A stretch of DNA of 64,000 bases from Catillopecten margaritatus gill symbiont (GTDB lineage Bacteria; Pseudomonadota; Gammaproteobacteria; PS1; Pseudothioglobaceae), in assembly GCA_037956075.1 (NCBI GenBank), contig CP138327.1:1308296-1372295 (forward strand). The letters are read 5' to 3'. Position numbers and translations under genes: made by a program. The notes below the pieces were generated by a model. The model saw only the letters and a program-made list of their open reading frames with translations. It did no database searches and was not told the origin of the DNA. This document shows, in pieces, positions 26,563 to 40,055 of this stretch; position 1 is the first letter of the stretch, and every line of letters begins with the position of its first letter.

Positions 26563-27993
26563 ATGAAATGGGAAACAGTCATCGGGCTTGAAATTCACGC
26601 TCAACTCAATACAAAATCTAAGATATTTTCATCGGCTTCCACTCAATTTGGTGCTGAGCCAAATTCGCAAGCGTGTGCGGTTGATTTGGGTTTGCCGGGT
26701 GTGTTGCCAGTGTTGAATAAAGAGGCGGTGAATAAGGGTATTAAATTTGGTTTGGCAGTTGGTGCGCATATCAATCAGCGCAATGTTTTTGATAGGAAAA
26801 ATTATTTTTATCCTGATTTACCAAAAGGCTACCAAACCTCGCAACTCGATTGGCCAATCGTGGGCGAAGGGCAGATTGATATTGCCATCGGCGACAAAGT
26901 GAAAACCATCGGCGTTACCCGTGCCCACCTTGAAGAAGATGCAGGTAAATCAGTCCACGATATGTTTGATGATTACACTGCGGTTGATCTCAATCGTGCA
27001 GGCACCCCATTATTGGAAATTGTATCTGACCCCGATATGCGTAGTGCCAAAGAAGCGGTGGCGTATGCTAAGAAAATTCACGCTTTGGTGCAATATATTG
27101 ATATTTGTGATGGCAATATGCAAGAAGGCTCATTCCGTTGCGATGCCAATGTTTCCATCCGTCCATTGGGGCAGGAAAAACTTGGCACTCGTGCAGAACT
27201 CAAAAATATTAACTCGTTTAAGTTTTTGGAAAAAGCCATTAATCTTGAGGTGGAAAGACAGCGAGATATTTTAGAAGAGGGCGGTGAAGTCGCACAAGAA
27301 ACCCGCCTCTACGACTCCGTCAAACACGAAACCCGCTCAATGCGTTCAAAAGAAGAAGCCAATGATTATCGCTATTTTCCTGACCCAGATTTATTACCGA
27401 TTGAAATTTCAGATGAGTTGTTGGCTGAAATTAAAAGTCAATTACCCGAATTACCCCCTGAAAAGAAAGCCCGTTTCATTCAAGATTTTGGCTTAAGTGA
27501 TTATGATGCCGATGTCCTAACTGCACAAAAACCTTTAGCAGATTATTTTGAAACGATGCTTAAAGGTAATGAATCCAATACTAAATTATGTGCCAACTGG
27601 GCAATGGGTGAGTTGAGTGCTTTGTTAAATAAAGACCAAATCGAAATACAAAATTCACCTGTTTCGGCATCAGATTTATCGCTGTTAATTACCCGCATCG
27701 GCGATGATACTATCTCAGGTAAAATTGCCAAAGATGTATTTAAAGCGATGTGGGATGACGAAGGCAGTGCTGATGAAATCATTGATGCAAAAGGTTTGAA
27801 GCAGATGAGCGATACAGGCGAGATTGAATCCATTGTTGATGAAATTATTGCCAACAACGCCCCACAAGTTGAACAATTCAAATCAGGCAATGAAAAAATC
27901 TTAGGCTTTTTCGTTGGTCAAATTATGAAAGCCACTGGCGGCAAAGCCAACCCAAAAATTATTAATCAATTACTAAGAAAAAAATTACAATAA
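26563..27993 (+). CDS. gatB: Asp/Glu-tRNA amidotransferase subunit B
   Basis: [16 protein letters not shown]-terminus, 476 aa. Confidence 0.95.
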   Translation: MKWETVIGLEIHAQLNTKSKIFSSASTQFGAEPNSQACAVDLGLPGVLPVLNKEAVNKGIKFGLAVGAHINQRNVFDRKNYFYPDLPKGYQTSQLDWPIVGEGQIDIAIGDKVKTIGVTRAHLEEDAGKSVHDMFDDYTAVDLNRAGTPLLEIVSDPDMRSAKEAVAYAKKIHALVQYIDICDGNMQEGSFRCDANVSIRPLGQEKLGTRAELKNINSFKFLEKAINLEVERQRDILEEGGEVAQETRLYDSVKHETRSMRSKEEANDYRYFPDPDLLPIEISDELLAEIKSQLPELPPEKKARFIQDFGLSDYDADVLTAQKPLADYFETMLKGNESNTKLCANWAMGELSALLNKDQIEIQNSPVSASDLSLLITRIGDDTISGKIAKDVFKAMWDDEGSADEIIDAKGLKQMSDTGEIESIVDEIIANNAPQVEQFKSGNEKILGFFVGQIMKATGGKANPKIINQLLRKKLQ

Positions 27994-28007
27994 AAGGAGA
28001 AAAAACC

Positions 28008-28244
28008 ATGCAAAACCACCACCCACTTATTTCTGAATTTCCAGACAAAAAAGATGCCATCCACAATCTTAAAATGAGCAACGCACACTTTAGACGCTTG
28101 GCATTTGAATACGAAGGCGTTGACAAAGCGATTGTGCGTATCGAGCAAGAAATCACTCCGACTTCTGATGAATATTTGAACACCTTGAAGAAAGAACGCT
28201 TGTCTTTAAAAGACACGCTTTTAGGTATGTTAAATCACGCCTAA
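28008..28244 (+). CDS. YdcH/DUF465 family protein
   Basis: 78 aa. HPLISEFPD...NAHFRRLAFEYEGVDKAI pattern. Confidence 0.7.
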   Translation: MQNHHPLISEFPDKKDAIHNLKMSNAHFRRLAFEYEGVDKAIVRIEQEITPTSDEYLNTLKKERLSLKDTLLGMLNHA

Positions 28245-28248
28245 TTTT

Positions 28249-29622
28249 TTGCTAGACTTTGCTACATTGGGTGAGGCGTTTTCCTCTCCCATTCGAACAC
28301 AGCCGTTAAAAGACACTGTTTTAATTCATAAAAATCAAACACTTTATCGCAAGATTGGTTTGGATTTAGACGATGCCACTTTATTAAAAGTCGCATCAGG
28401 TGAGCAAAAATTTCAAGATACTCAGCCGATTGCCAGCATTTATGCGGGGCATCAATTCGGTTACTTTTCCCCACAATTAGGCGATGGTCGCAGTTGCTTA
28501 ATTGGGCAAACTAACGGATACGAATTTTCACTCAAAGGTGCAGGGCAAACTCCGTACTCTCGTGGTGCTGATGGGCGTGCCGTCCTGCGTTCATCCATTC
28601 GTGAATATCTATGTTCTGTTGCCATGCAAGGCTTAGGCATTGCCACCACTGAAGCCTTGACTTTGGTCAATAGCAGTACCGAAGTCTATCGTGAAAACAT
28701 CGAACCAGGTGCAATTGTTTTGCGCACCGCACCGAGCCATATTCGCTTTGGACATTTTGAACTGTTTGCATCTCGTGGGCAAAAAGTAGAAGTTAAAAAA
28801 CTCGCCGATTTTGTCATCGAACACCATTATCCCGAGTATCAAGGCGATGATAAATACATTGATTTCTTTGCAGAAGTCGTCAAACGCACCGCCAAAATGA
28901 TTGCTGGCTGGCAAGCACAAGGGTTTGAACACGGTGTGATGAATACTGATAATATGTCAATTTTAGGCTTAACCATTGACTATGGACCTTTCGGATTTTT
29001 AGAAACCTACGACCCACACTTCATCTGCAACCACTCCGACCACGAAGGTCGTTACGCTTTTGACCAACAACCCAGTATCGGACTGTGGAATTTATCGCGT
29101 TTAGCAGACGCACTCAGCAGCCTAATTACCGACAAACAAGCCAAAACCCTGCTATCTACCTACCAACAACATTTGGTGCGTTATTATTCGACTTTAATGC
29201 GTCAAAAATTCGGTTTATTTGCAAAAGATGATAATGACAATCAATTAATTGGAGATTTCTTCAATATTTTGCATCAATATAAAAAAGACTATACCAATAG
29301 CCTTCGTAACCTATCTAATTTAGAAAACCTATCCAATGACAAAATCTATGAAAAATGGCTAAAGACCTACCAATCCCGCATCGACCAAGATAAAAACACA
29401 AAACGCACTGAGTTAATGAACCAAGTAAATCCTAAATTTATTTTGCGTAATTACTTAGCAGAAGTTGCTATTCGCAAAGCACAAGATGACAAGAATTACA
29501 GCGAAATTAACACCTTGTTTAATTTATTAAAAAATCCATTTGACGAGCACAAAGGTTTTGATAATTACACCGAAGAAGCCCCAGATTGGGCACAAAATCT
29601 AGAAGTTAGCTGCTCTTCTTAG
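28249..29622 (+). CDS. selO: protein adenylyltransferase SelO
   Basis: Collinear with E. coli YdiU/SelO: YAGHQFG, QLGDGR, KGAGQTPYSR, GVMNTDNMSILGLTIDYGPFGF, C-terminal LEVSCSS. TTG start. Confidence 0.9.
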   Translation: MLDFATLGEAFSSPIRTQPLKDTVLIHKNQTLYRKIGLDLDDATLLKVASGEQKFQDTQPIASIYAGHQFGYFSPQLGDGRSCLIGQTNGYEFSLKGAGQTPYSRGADGRAVLRSSIREYLCSVAMQGLGIATTEALTLVNSSTEVYRENIEPGAIVLRTAPSHIRFGHFELFASRGQKVEVKKLADFVIEHHYPEYQGDDKYIDFFAEVVKRTAKMIAGWQAQGFEHGVMNTDNMSILGLTIDYGPFGFLETYDPHFICNHSDHEGRYAFDQQPSIGLWNLSRLADALSSLITDKQAKTLLSTYQQHLVRYYSTLMRQKFGLFAKDDNDNQLIGDFFNILHQYKKDYTNSLRNLSNLENLSNDKIYEKWLKTYQSRIDQDKNTKRTELMNQVNPKFILRNYLAEVAIRKAQDDKNYSEINTLFNLLKNPFDEHKGFDNYTEEAPDWAQNLEVSCSS

Positions 29623-29675
29623 ATTTTTTATTTAGTAGGGTTTTTTTTAAGGTGACATACCTTTTTTACTCAGTA

Positions 29676-29758
29676 AGATTCCTCGGCTAGTGCTCGGAAT
29701 GACAGGTTTTTTTTTCTGGCACCCCATTCTGTCATCCCGAGCGCTAGCCGAGGGATCT
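29676..29758. repeat. TGTCAT-core element with arms in outward (tail-to-tail) arrangement
   Basis: AGATTCCTCGGCTAGTGCTCGGAATGACA ... TGTCATCCCGAGCGCTAGCCGAGGGATCT. Confidence 0.75.
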
Positions 29759-29816
29759 TTTACAAACAGCACAAAACCCTCCAACCATTCAAAACCACAA
29801 GGCATAGTCGTATGCC

Positions 29817-30452
29817 TTAAACAAACCCAGCAGCACTTAACATAAAACTCTGTAGAATTTTGACAATAGGCAGAATGACTTTTTCAAAAATCCCCAAGAA
29901 CAGCAAGCCTAATAAAATATACAAACCGTAGGCTTCTAGTTTGTTATATTCATAGGCTAGTTTATCAGGTAATAATGAGGCAACTATTCTTGAGCCATCA
30001 AGGGGTGGCAAAGGTAATAAATTTAATACACCTAAGATCAAGTTAATACTAATGCCTACACTTGCCATTTTGATTAAAAACTGTGATTGAAATTCAACCG
30101 CTAAAAATATTGCACTCAGCCACAATCCTGCCATCACAAAGTTAGACATTGGTCCTGCGAGTGCTACCCACGACATATCGCGTTTTGGCGAGTTGAGGGC
30201 GTTGTAGTTAATCGGCACAGGTTTTGCCCAACCGAATAAAAAACCTGAGGTCATATATAACACCGCAGGCACTAAGATTGTGCCAATTGGGTCAATGTGT
30301 TTGATGGGATTAAGGGTTAGTCTGCCCAGCATTTTAGCGGTTGAATCACCACATTTGTGTGCTACCCAACCGTGTGCAAATTCGTGAACGGTAATGGCAA
30401 AAATCACAGGAATGGCAACAATTAAAATCGCTTGAAAATCAAAATCAGTCAT
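29817..30452 (-). CDS. site-2 protease family (peptidase M50) membrane protein
   Basis: HEFAHG zinc motif in the first TM segment. 211 aa, polytopic. Confidence 0.8.
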   Translation of the reverse strand: MTDFDFQAILIVAIPVIFAITVHEFAHGWVAHKCGDSTAKMLGRLTLNPIKHIDPIGTILVPAVLYMTSGFLFGWAKPVPINYNALNSPKRDMSWVALAGPMSNFVMAGLWLSAIFLAVEFQSQFLIKMASVGISINLILGVLNLLPLPPLDGSRIVASLLPDKLAYEYNKLEAYGLYILLGLLFLGIFEKVILPIVKILQSFMLSAAGFV

Positions 30453-30491
30453 AGGTAAAATTAGAGTTTTTTTTAGATTGTCATATTATAA

Positions 30492-32198
30492 ATGAAAACC
30501 AGTCAAATTCTCATTCCAACGACAAAAGAAGTGCCGAATGATGCACAGATTATTTCGCATCAACTGATGATTCGTGCAGGTTTAATTTCAAAACTTGCAT
30601 CAGGTTTATACTCTTATTTACCAATGGGCTTGAAGGTTTTGCAAAAAGTTGAGCAAATTATTCGTGAAGAAATGAATAATTCGATGGCACAAGAAGTGCT
30701 GATGCCTGTGGCACAGCCTGCGGAATTGTGGCAGGAATCTGGGCGATGGGAGCAGTATGGGGCGGAATTATTGCGTTTTAAGGACCGTCATGGCAGAGAA
30801 TTTTGCCTTGGACCAACACACGAAGAAGTGATTACCCATTTGGCAGGGCAATATCTCAATAGTTATAAACAACTGCCTGTAAATTTTTACCAAATTCAAA
30901 CCAAATTCCGTGATGAAATTCGCCCGCGTTTTGGGGTGATGCGTTCGCGTGAATTTATTATGAAAGATGCGTATTCTTTTCATTTAGAGCAAGACAGTTT
31001 GCAGGCGGAATTTGACAAAATGCATGCGACTTATTGCCGAATTTTTGAACGCCTTGGTTTGGATTATCGCCCTGTATTGGCGGACAGTGGCAGTATCGGT
31101 GGTGAAAATTCGATTGAATTTCATGTCTTGGCAGAGTCGGGTGAGGATGCAATTTGTTTTTCTGATGAATCTGAATATGCGGCGAATATTGAAAAAGTGG
31201 CATTTTCTGAACAGGTGGCAACTTGCACGCCGAGTGCGACCGAGGCAGTGGTGTTGACTAAGAAAAAAAGCACGATTGAAGCCGTGGCTGAATTTTTAAA
31301 GGCAGAAAAAACCACCTGTATTAAAACGCTGATTATTAAAACACAAGGGGGTTTTAAGGCGTTGGCATTGCGTGGTGACCACGATTTGAATGAAATTAAA
31401 GCGCAAAATCTATTCGGTGAATTTGAATTTGCAACAGATGACGAGATAAAATCTTTAGACTTGAAAAAAGGTTTTATCGGTGTCAAGGGCTTGAGTGTTG
31501 ATTTAATCATTGATTATTCAGCCTCCGTAATGTGTGATTTTGTTTGCGGTGCCAATGAATGGGATAAACATTTAACGGGTGTTAATTGGGCAGGAATTGA
31601 GTTTGAAACTGCGGATTTACGCAATGCCGTTGAGGGCGATGATTCTCCAGATGGTAAGGGAAAATTGGTTATTAAACGCGGTATTGAAGTTGGGCATATT
31701 TTCCAACTTGGCAACAAATATTCCAAAGCAATGAATGCCAATGTCATCAGTGAATCGGGCAAAGCAGAAACGATGTTAATGGGTTGTTACGGTATCGGCG
31801 TTACCCGTGTAATCGCTGCCGCTATTGAACAAAACTACGACGATAGAGGGATTATTTTTCCAGCCAGTATTGCCCCATTTCAAGTGGTGATTGTGCCGAT
31901 TAATTACACCAAATCAACTCGTGTTAAAGCCTTAGCAGATGATTTATATCAGCAACTTTTAGATGCAGGCATCGAAGTTTTACTCAATGACAAAAAAGAC
32001 CGTGCTGGCATTATGTTTGCAGAAAGTGAGTTATTGGGCATTCCACATCGTATGGTATTGAGCGACACCCACGCTGATAATGGCAATATTGAATACAAAG
32101 CGAGAAATAATCCCGATAAAGTAGAAGTAAAATTTGAAAATGCCCTATCATTCATCCAATCAAAAACTACACGGGCCTTGCCCGTGTTAACACCGTGA
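30492..32198 (+). CDS. proS: proline--tRNA ligase
   Basis: 568 aa, class II motifs, editing-domain insertion. The last ~10 codons are encoded by a palindromic repeat. Confidence 0.95.
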   Translation: MKTSQILIPTTKEVPNDAQIISHQLMIRAGLISKLASGLYSYLPMGLKVLQKVEQIIREEMNNSMAQEVLMPVAQPAELWQESGRWEQYGAELLRFKDRHGREFCLGPTHEEVITHLAGQYLNSYKQLPVNFYQIQTKFRDEIRPRFGVMRSREFIMKDAYSFHLEQDSLQAEFDKMHATYCRIFERLGLDYRPVLADSGSIGGENSIEFHVLAESGEDAICFSDESEYAANIEKVAFSEQVATCTPSATEAVVLTKKKSTIEAVAEFLKAEKTTCIKTLIIKTQGGFKALALRGDHDLNEIKAQNLFGEFEFATDDEIKSLDLKKGFIGVKGLSVDLIIDYSASVMCDFVCGANEWDKHLTGVNWAGIEFETADLRNAVEGDDSPDGKGKLVIKRGIEVGHIFQLGNKYSKAMNANVISESGKAETMLMGCYGIGVTRVIAAAIEQNYDDRGIIFPASIAPFQVVIVPINYTKSTRVKALADDLYQQLLDAGIEVLLNDKKDRAGIMFAESELLGIPHRMVLSDTHADNGNIEYKARNNPDKVEVKFENALSFIQSKTTRALPVLTP

Positions 32199-32222
32199 TT
32201 TACACGGGCAAGGCCCGTGTAA
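32168..32222. repeat. pair of inverted 19-bp palindromes ACACGGGCCTTGCCCGTGT / ACACGGGCAAGGCCCGTGT
   Basis: Two hairpin-forming copies in opposite orientation spanning the proS stop and the annotated psd start. Confidence 0.8.
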
Positions 32223-33010
32223 AAAACTTGCCTGTGTCGGTAGTGTTGCAGTATTTCTTGCCTCAGCATTGGCTGTCTAAGTTAATGTTTCGCTTTGCTC
32301 GTATCAAAAATAGGTGGATTAAAAATAAATTCACCCATTGGTTTGTTAAAACTTACAAGGTGGATTTATCGCAAGCAAAGCGTGAAAAAGTGGAAGACTA
32401 TGTCAGTTTTAATGACTTTTTTACCCGTTCATTGAAAGTGGGTGTGCGTCCAATTGGTGAAGGTTTAATCAGTCCCGTGGACGGAGTCGTATCGCAAGCG
32501 GGCAAGATTGAAAATGGGGATTTAATTCAAGCCAAAGGCAAGAAATTCACTTTGAAGGCGTTACTCGGTAATAATGAAAAATTTCAAAACTTTGCAACTA
32601 TTTACTTGTCTCCAAGTGACTACCATCGTATCCACGCACCCCTTGATGGCAAGTTGTTGAAAATGGATTATATTGGCGGAGATTTGTTTTCAGTCAATAA
32701 TCAAACCGCCCATTCAGTGGATAATTTATTCGCTAGAAATGAGCGTGTGGTTTGTTATTTTGACACTTATGCCATCGTTTTAGTCGGTGCAATTTTTGTC
32801 GGCAGTATGGAAACTGTGTGGCACGGGCAGATTACCCCACCTTACGGAAAATGCTTTAGTGTAGATTACACGAACAAGGATATTTACCTTAAAAAAGGTG
32901 AGGAATTAGGGCGTTTTAATATGGGTTCGACGGTGATTTTGTTGAGCAATACTTATCAATTTGATTCATTTGGGCAAGTCGTTAAGATGGGTCAATCTTT
33001 GTCAATCTAA
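32195..33010 (+). CDS. psd: phosphatidylserine decarboxylase proenzyme (start uncertain)
   Basis: [11 protein letters not shown]-terminal motif, YHRIHAP, and the self-cleavage site FNMGSTV. Confidence 0.9.
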   Translation: MIYTGKARVKNLPVSVVLQYFLPQHWLSKLMFRFARIKNRWIKNKFTHWFVKTYKVDLSQAKREKVEDYVSFNDFFTRSLKVGVRPIGEGLISPVDGVVSQAGKIENGDLIQAKGKKFTLKALLGNNEKFQNFATIYLSPSDYHRIHAPLDGKLLKMDYIGGDLFSVNNQTAHSVDNLFARNERVVCYFDTYAIVLVGAIFVGSMETVWHGQITPPYGKCFSVDYTNKDIYLKKGEELGRFNMGSTVILLSNTYQFDSFGQVVKMGQSLSI

Positions 33011-34235
33011 CCAATTTAATCGTTCTGTCGGCAATTTGCACAATGTCAATTAAGATATTATCAATTTTTATACTAACATCGCGTTTTGGAATGCTTTGCA
33101 ATTCTTCCAAGATAAGCCCATTTAAAGTTTTGGCTTTATCAACGCTAAAATGAGTCTCTAATAGTGCATTAAGTTCACGAATACTCACGCGTGGATCCAC
33201 CAAATAACTGCCATCTTCTTGCTCAACCACTTCGGCAATACTTTCATTTTGATTAGAGGTAAATTGACCGACAATTTCTTCTAAAATATCTTCTAAAACC
33301 ACCATACCTTTGACTTCACCGTATTCATCTACCACTAACCCCAAGCGTTTTTTTTGCGTTTGAAAATGCTCTAATTGACGGGATAGGGAAGTGCCTTCTG
33401 GTACAAAATAGGGTTCGTGAATGAGTTGCAATACATTCTCAATACTAAACTCACCTTTGGCGTACAAATTCACCACATCACGCATATGCAAAACACCCGT
33501 AATATTATCATTTGACGCATCGTGAGTCAGCAGGCGTGTGTGCTGTGTGCGTTGTAGTTGCTTCAAAATTTCATCAGGTTTATTGACATCGACACTGACT
33601 AATTCATGCTTAGGAATCATAATATCTTCAACTTTTACTCTTTCTAAGTCGATAATATTAAGCAACATTTTTTGATAATTTGAGGCAATAATTGGCTTGG
33701 CTTCATTCACTACCATTTTTAATTCTTCTGAGCTAATATTATCTGAGACATCTTTTTCTTGAATGCCGAGAATAATCAAAATACCTTTGCTTAACTGTGC
33801 AATCAGCCAAACAAAAGGCTTGAGCACCTTAATCAAAAATTCAATAATAATGGATGCAGGTAAGGCGATTTTTTCAGGATTTTTGGCAGCGAAGGTTTTG
33901 GGCGTGGTTTCTGCAAAAACAAGAATCACAAAAGTTAATGCCAACGATGCTAATACCACTGAGCCATCACCCCAAAGTTTAATGGCTAAGATGGTTACAA
34001 CACTTGAGGCAAAAATATTGACTAAGTTATTACCCAGCAAAATTGTGCCAATTAAATAATCTAAATTATCCAATAAACGCTCGGTGCGTTTGGCTTTTTT
34101 GTTGGTTTTGGCAAGAGACTTTAGGCGATAACGATTAATCGCCATCATTGAGGTTTCAGTCGATGAAAAGAAAGCAGAGGCTAAAATTAATCCAAATAGG
34201 ATAGCAATTAACCAAGAAGTCGAAAGTGGTTCCAA
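32982..34235 (-). CDS. CNNM/CorC-HlyC family transporter (DUF21 + CBS pair + CorC_HlyC)
   Basis: 417 aa. N-terminal 4-TM DUF21, then CBS region, then a transporter-associated C-domain. Convergent 29-bp overlap with psd. Confidence 0.8.
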   Translation of the reverse strand: MEPLSTSWLIAILFGLILASAFFSSTETSMMAINRYRLKSLAKTNKKAKRTERLLDNLDYLIGTILLGNNLVNIFASSVVTILAIKLWGDGSVVLASLALTFVILVFAETTPKTFAAKNPEKIALPASIIIEFLIKVLKPFVWLIAQLSKGILIILGIQEKDVSDNISSEELKMVVNEAKPIIASNYQKMLLNIIDLERVKVEDIMIPKHELVSVDVNKPDEILKQLQRTQHTRLLTHDASNDNITGVLHMRDVVNLYAKGEFSIENVLQLIHEPYFVPEGTSLSRQLEHFQTQKKRLGLVVDEYGEVKGMVVLEDILEEIVGQFTSNQNESIAEVVEQEDGSYLVDPRVSIRELNALLETHFSVDKAKTLNGLILEELQSIPKRDVSIKIDNILIDIVQIADRTIKLVRLTKIDPS

Positions 34236-34252
34236 GTAATAATCTACCTACC

Positions 34253-36099
<1,847 letters not shown>

Positions 36100-36105
36100 A
36101 AGCGT

Positions 36106-36285
36106 CTAAGAAAATAATTTAGCCAATTCTTTTCCAGCGTTAGCAGCCGATTTAAGGCTTTGTTCACTTGTGCTTAATCCTTGTAATACACCACAGGATT
36201 GATTTGGCATAGGTACGGGCACACGAGATGCATTCTCAGATTTAACTTGATTGAGAATGGTGCCGTTTATTTTCCTGATTGCCAT
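36106..36285 (-). CDS. hypothetical small protein (59 aa)
   Basis: Own translation: MAIRKINGTILNQVKSENASRVPVPMPNQSCGVLQGLSTSEQSLKSAANAGKELAKLFS. Ends 6 nt upstream of the 189-aa gene. Below the ORF-track cutoff. Confidence 0.4.
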   Translation of the reverse strand: MAIRKINGTILNQVKSENASRVPVPMPNQSCGVLQGLSTSEQSLKSAANAGKELAKLFS

Positions 36286-36357
36286 AAAATATGATTTTTT
36301 TTGTGAAAAGAAAATTAAATTATACTATAAAGCAGAGTGTTCTACCCAATATCTTGC

Positions 36358-37461
36358 TTAAAAAAACGATTTCATCTTACCAAGAAAGGAGTTTGATTCT
36401 GGATGTTGTTTCTTTCCGCACGAACTTGAAAATTCTTCCAGTAGCTTCTTTTGCTTACTACTCAAATTGACAGGTGTTTCAATCTGCACTTGGCAGATCA
36501 AATCACCCATTGCACCCCCTCCTTGTAAGACGGTAATACCTTTACCTTTGAGGCGGAATTGACGACCTGTTTGTGTGCCTTCAGGAATTTTAAGTTTTAA
36601 TTTCCCTGTTAAAGTCGGCACTTCAACTGTGCCACCGAGGGCTGCCGAGGCAAAATCAATCGGCACAGAGCAATATAAATCATTACCATGGCGTTCAAAA
36701 ATATTATGTGCTCTAACGCGAACTTCCACATACAAATCACCACTTGGCCCACCGCGTTGCCCTGCTTCGCCTTCGCCAGTAACACGAATACGATTGCCAG
36801 TATCAACACCTGCAGGGATTTTCACTGACAATGTTTTCTGCCTGCGAACCACCCCTTTACCACCACAATCACCACAAGGTGAACTGATGACTTGACCTGC
36901 ACCATTACATTGCGGACAAGGCTGCTGAACCTGGAAAGGACCTTGACGCATATGCACTTGACCTTGACCATGACAAGTGCCACAAGTTTTTGCACTGGTG
37001 CCTGGTTTTGCACCAGAGCCATCGCAAGTATTACATTTTTCGCCTTTAGGAATACGGATTTGAACGGTTTTACCTTCAGCGGCTTCTTTTAAGTCAATTT
37101 CTAAATCATAGCGTAAATCTGAGCCTCGATTGTTGGCTTGTTGCTGACGACCGCCACCAAAAATATCACCAAAAATATCACCAAAACCGCCACCACCACC
37201 AAATGGATTGCCGCCACCGCCAGCAGCACTGCCGTTCACACCTGCGTGACCGAATTGGTCGTAAGCCTGGCGTTTTTCTGCATCAGATAAAACACTATAA
37301 GCCTTTTGAATTTCTTTAAAAGTCTTTTCTGCCGCCTCTTTATTGTCTTTATTTCGGTCAGGGTGGTGTTTCATCGCCAAACGCTTGTAGGCTTTTTTTA
37401 TCGCCTTTTCGTCCGTGCCTTTTGCCACACCTAATACTTCGTAATAATCTCTTTCTGCCAT
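36358..37461 (-). CDS. dnaJ: molecular chaperone DnaJ
   Basis: J domain with HPD, G/F-rich linker, four CxxCxGxG zinc repeats. Confidence 0.97.
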   Translation of the reverse strand: MAERDYYEVLGVAKGTDEKAIKKAYKRLAMKHHPDRNKDNKEAAEKTFKEIQKAYSVLSDAEKRQAYDQFGHAGVNGSAAGGGGNPFGGGGGFGDIFGDIFGGGRQQQANNRGSDLRYDLEIDLKEAAEGKTVQIRIPKGEKCNTCDGSGAKPGTSAKTCGTCHGQGQVHMRQGPFQVQQPCPQCNGAGQVISSPCGDCGGKGVVRRQKTLSVKIPAGVDTGNRIRVTGEGEAGQRGGPSGDLYVEVRVRAHNIFERHGNDLYCSVPIDFASAALGGTVEVPTLTGKLKLKIPEGTQTGRQFRLKGKGITVLQGGGAMGDLICQVQIETPVNLSSKQKKLLEEFSSSCGKKQHPESNSFLGKMKSFF

Positions 37462-37504
37462 TATTTTTCCTTCAATAAAAGTAAAAAACCCTCTGTAAAT
37501 AGAA

Positions 37505-37708
37505 CCCTAATCCAAAAATAGAAAATGCAAATCTGACGCCAACCCTTACTACCACAGCAGAAGGTGAATTGGCTTTAGCCAAGAGAGGCTACCCTGGGGT
37601 ATTTCAAAAAAATCACCGTGGAACCACTGGGTGGCACTAAGATTTTTTTAAAACACTGTGATAGCAAGGCTTAACGCCATATTCACACTTTCTATCTTTG
37701 GATTAGGG
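37505..37708. mobile_element. MITE-like element, complete copy
   Basis: Terminal inverted repeats CCCTAATCCAAAAATAGAAA / TTTCTATCTTTGGATTAGGG. Direct repeat TAGAA on both flanks (37500-37504 and 37709-37713). Confidence 0.8.
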
Positions 37709-37744
37709 TAGAAGGTTAATTACTGGGTAATTTAAAAATGTGAT

Positions 37745-39676
37745 TTACTTCTTGTCGTCATTCACTTCTTCAAAGTCTGCATCGACAACGCCATCATCAG
37801 CCGCACCTGCATTTGCCGCATCGGTAAAGCCGTCGCCACCTTCTGCACCAGAGCCTGCTTTCGCTTGTGCCTTTTCAGTCAAAGGTTGTGCTGCTTCACT
37901 TAAAGACTGAACTTTAGCGTCGATTTCTTCTTTATCTTCACCTTTCATTGCAGTTTCAAGTGCTTCAATCGCTGCATCAATCGGCGTCTTTTCATCTTCT
38001 GAAACTTCATCGCCTAACTCTTCCATCATTTGTTTAGTAGAGTGAATCAACGAATCTGCCATATTGCGAGAAGTGACTAATTCTTGGAATTTCTTATCTT
38101 CCTCAGCATTTGCCTCCGCATCTTTAATCATTTTTTCAACTTCTTCATCGGATAAACCACTTGATGCCTTAATCGTAATACTTTGCTCTTTGCCTGTATT
38201 TTCATCCTTGGCAGACACATTCAAAATACCATCAGAGTCAATATCCAAAACTACCTTGATTTGTGGCTGACCTTTTGGCGCATTTGGAATGCCTTCAAGG
38301 TTGAATTGACCGAGTGATTTATTTGCACTGGCAATTTCTCTTTCACCTTGTAACACATGAATCGTTACCGCTGACTGGTTATCCGCCGCTGTGGAAAAAA
38401 TCTGGTCCGCATTGGTTGGAATCGTGGTATTTTTCTCAATCAACTTCGTCATCACTCCGCCCATGGTCTCAATACCGAGCGATAAAGGCGTAACATCCAA
38501 CAATAAAACATCGTTAACATCGCCACCTAAAACACCCGCTTGAATTGCCGCACCCATTGCTACCGCTTCATCAGGATTGACATCCTTTTTAGGCTCTTTG
38601 CCAAAGAATTTTTGCACTTCTTCCTGCACCTTCGGCATACGCGTAGAGCCACCGACAATAATAACTTCGTCAATATCTTTGGCGCTTAAATCAGCATCTT
38701 TGAGTGCAATTTTACAAGGGTCAATCGAACGCTTAATCAGTGCCTCAACCAACGACTCCAACTTAGCACGCGTGAGTTTGATGTTCAAGTGCTTAGGACC
38801 TGACGCATCCGCTGTTACATAAGGAAGGTTAACTTCCGTTTGTTCAGAAGAAGATAATTCAATCTTAGCCTTTTCTGCCGCTTCTTTTAATCGTTGTAAC
38901 GCCATCGGGTCATTTTTAAGGTCAACGCCTTGCTCTTTCTTAAATTCTTCCACTAAGAAATCCATAATACGCTGGTCAAAATCCTCACCACCCAAGAAAG
39001 TATCGCCATTCGTTGACAACACCTCAAAGTGCTTCTCGCCATCAATATCTTCCATCTCAATGATAGAAACATCAAAAGTACCACCACCTAAGTCATACAC
39101 AGCAACAGTTTTGTCGCCCGTAGATTTATCCACACCGTAAGCCAATGCCGCTGCAGTCGGCTCATTAATAATGCGTTTAACATCCAATCCAGCAATCTTA
39201 CCCGCATCTTTAGTTGCTTGTCTTTGTGAGTCATTAAAGTAAGCAGGAACAGTAATCACCGCCTCAGTTACCTTTTCACCAAGATAATCTTCCGCCGTCT
39301 TTTTCATCTTACCAATCACTTTCGCAGAAATCTCAGGTGCTGCCATTTTCTTGCCATTCACCTCAACCCATGCATCGCCATTGTCCGCCTTAACAATCTT
39401 ATAAGGCACTAAATCAATGTCTTTTTGCACCGCTTTTTCATCAAAACGACGACCAATCAAGCGTTTAATCGCATACAAAGTGTTTTCAGGATTGGTTACC
39501 GCTTGGCGTTTTGCCGACTGTCCAACTAACACCTCGTCAGAATCTTTTGGAAACGCAATAATAGAGGGGGTAGTGCGATCACCCTCAGAATTTTCAATGA
39601 TTTTTACACTGCCACCTTCCATAATAGCAACACATGAATTTGTAGTTCCTAAATCAATACCGATAATTTTTGACAT
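37745..39676 (-). CDS. dnaK: molecular chaperone DnaK
   Basis: [17 protein letters not shown] start (internal Met of the track ORF). Full Hsp70 signatures. Confidence 0.97.
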   Translation of the reverse strand: MSKIIGIDLGTTNSCVAIMEGGSVKIIENSEGDRTTPSIIAFPKDSDEVLVGQSAKRQAVTNPENTLYAIKRLIGRRFDEKAVQKDIDLVPYKIVKADNGDAWVEVNGKKMAAPEISAKVIGKMKKTAEDYLGEKVTEAVITVPAYFNDSQRQATKDAGKIAGLDVKRIINEPTAAALAYGVDKSTGDKTVAVYDLGGGTFDVSIIEMEDIDGEKHFEVLSTNGDTFLGGEDFDQRIMDFLVEEFKKEQGVDLKNDPMALQRLKEAAEKAKIELSSSEQTEVNLPYVTADASGPKHLNIKLTRAKLESLVEALIKRSIDPCKIALKDADLSAKDIDEVIIVGGSTRMPKVQEEVQKFFGKEPKKDVNPDEAVAMGAAIQAGVLGGDVNDVLLLDVTPLSLGIETMGGVMTKLIEKNTTIPTNADQIFSTAADNQSAVTIHVLQGEREIASANKSLGQFNLEGIPNAPKGQPQIKVVLDIDSDGILNVSAKDENTGKEQSITIKASSGLSDEEVEKMIKDAEANAEEDKKFQELVTSRNMADSLIHSTKQMMEELGDEVSEDEKTPIDAAIEALETAMKGEDKEEIDAKVQSLSEAAQPLTEKAQAKAGSGAEGGDGFTDAANAGAADDGVVDADFEEVNDDKK

Positions 39677-39824
39677 TTTTTTCTCCTTTTTGTTAATGAT
39701 GAACCTTATATAAGGACACAAATAACAATTTCAAGGGATAAAGAAAAAATATTTTTTTAGATTAACCTAGTATTAGAATGCCTTGCATCCAAGGGCTAAA
39801 TAGCCCCTTAATCAACTTATATAT

Positions 39825-40006
39825 TGTTATTCCGAGTATATATTGTCATCTCAAGTATATTATTATCATACCAAATATATATTGCCACCCCAATTCACAT
39901 ACTATCATCTCAACTTATATATTGTCATCCCGAGCGTAGCCGAGGGATCTTTTATGGGAGCAAGATCCCTCGACTACGCTCGGGATGACAGGATTACGGG
40001 ATGACA
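39825..40006. repeat. TGTCAT-core element with a ~20-24-bp left-hand array
   Basis: About five decayed units (TATATATTGTYATYYC...), then the core TGTCATCCCGAGCGTAGCCGAGGGATCT-loop-AGATCCCTCGACTACGCTCGGGATGACA, then GGATTACGGGATGACA. Confidence 0.8.
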
Positions 40007-40055
40007 AAAAAAAGATAACAAGAGAGTAACAGAAAGGAACGCCCCTTATATTAGA

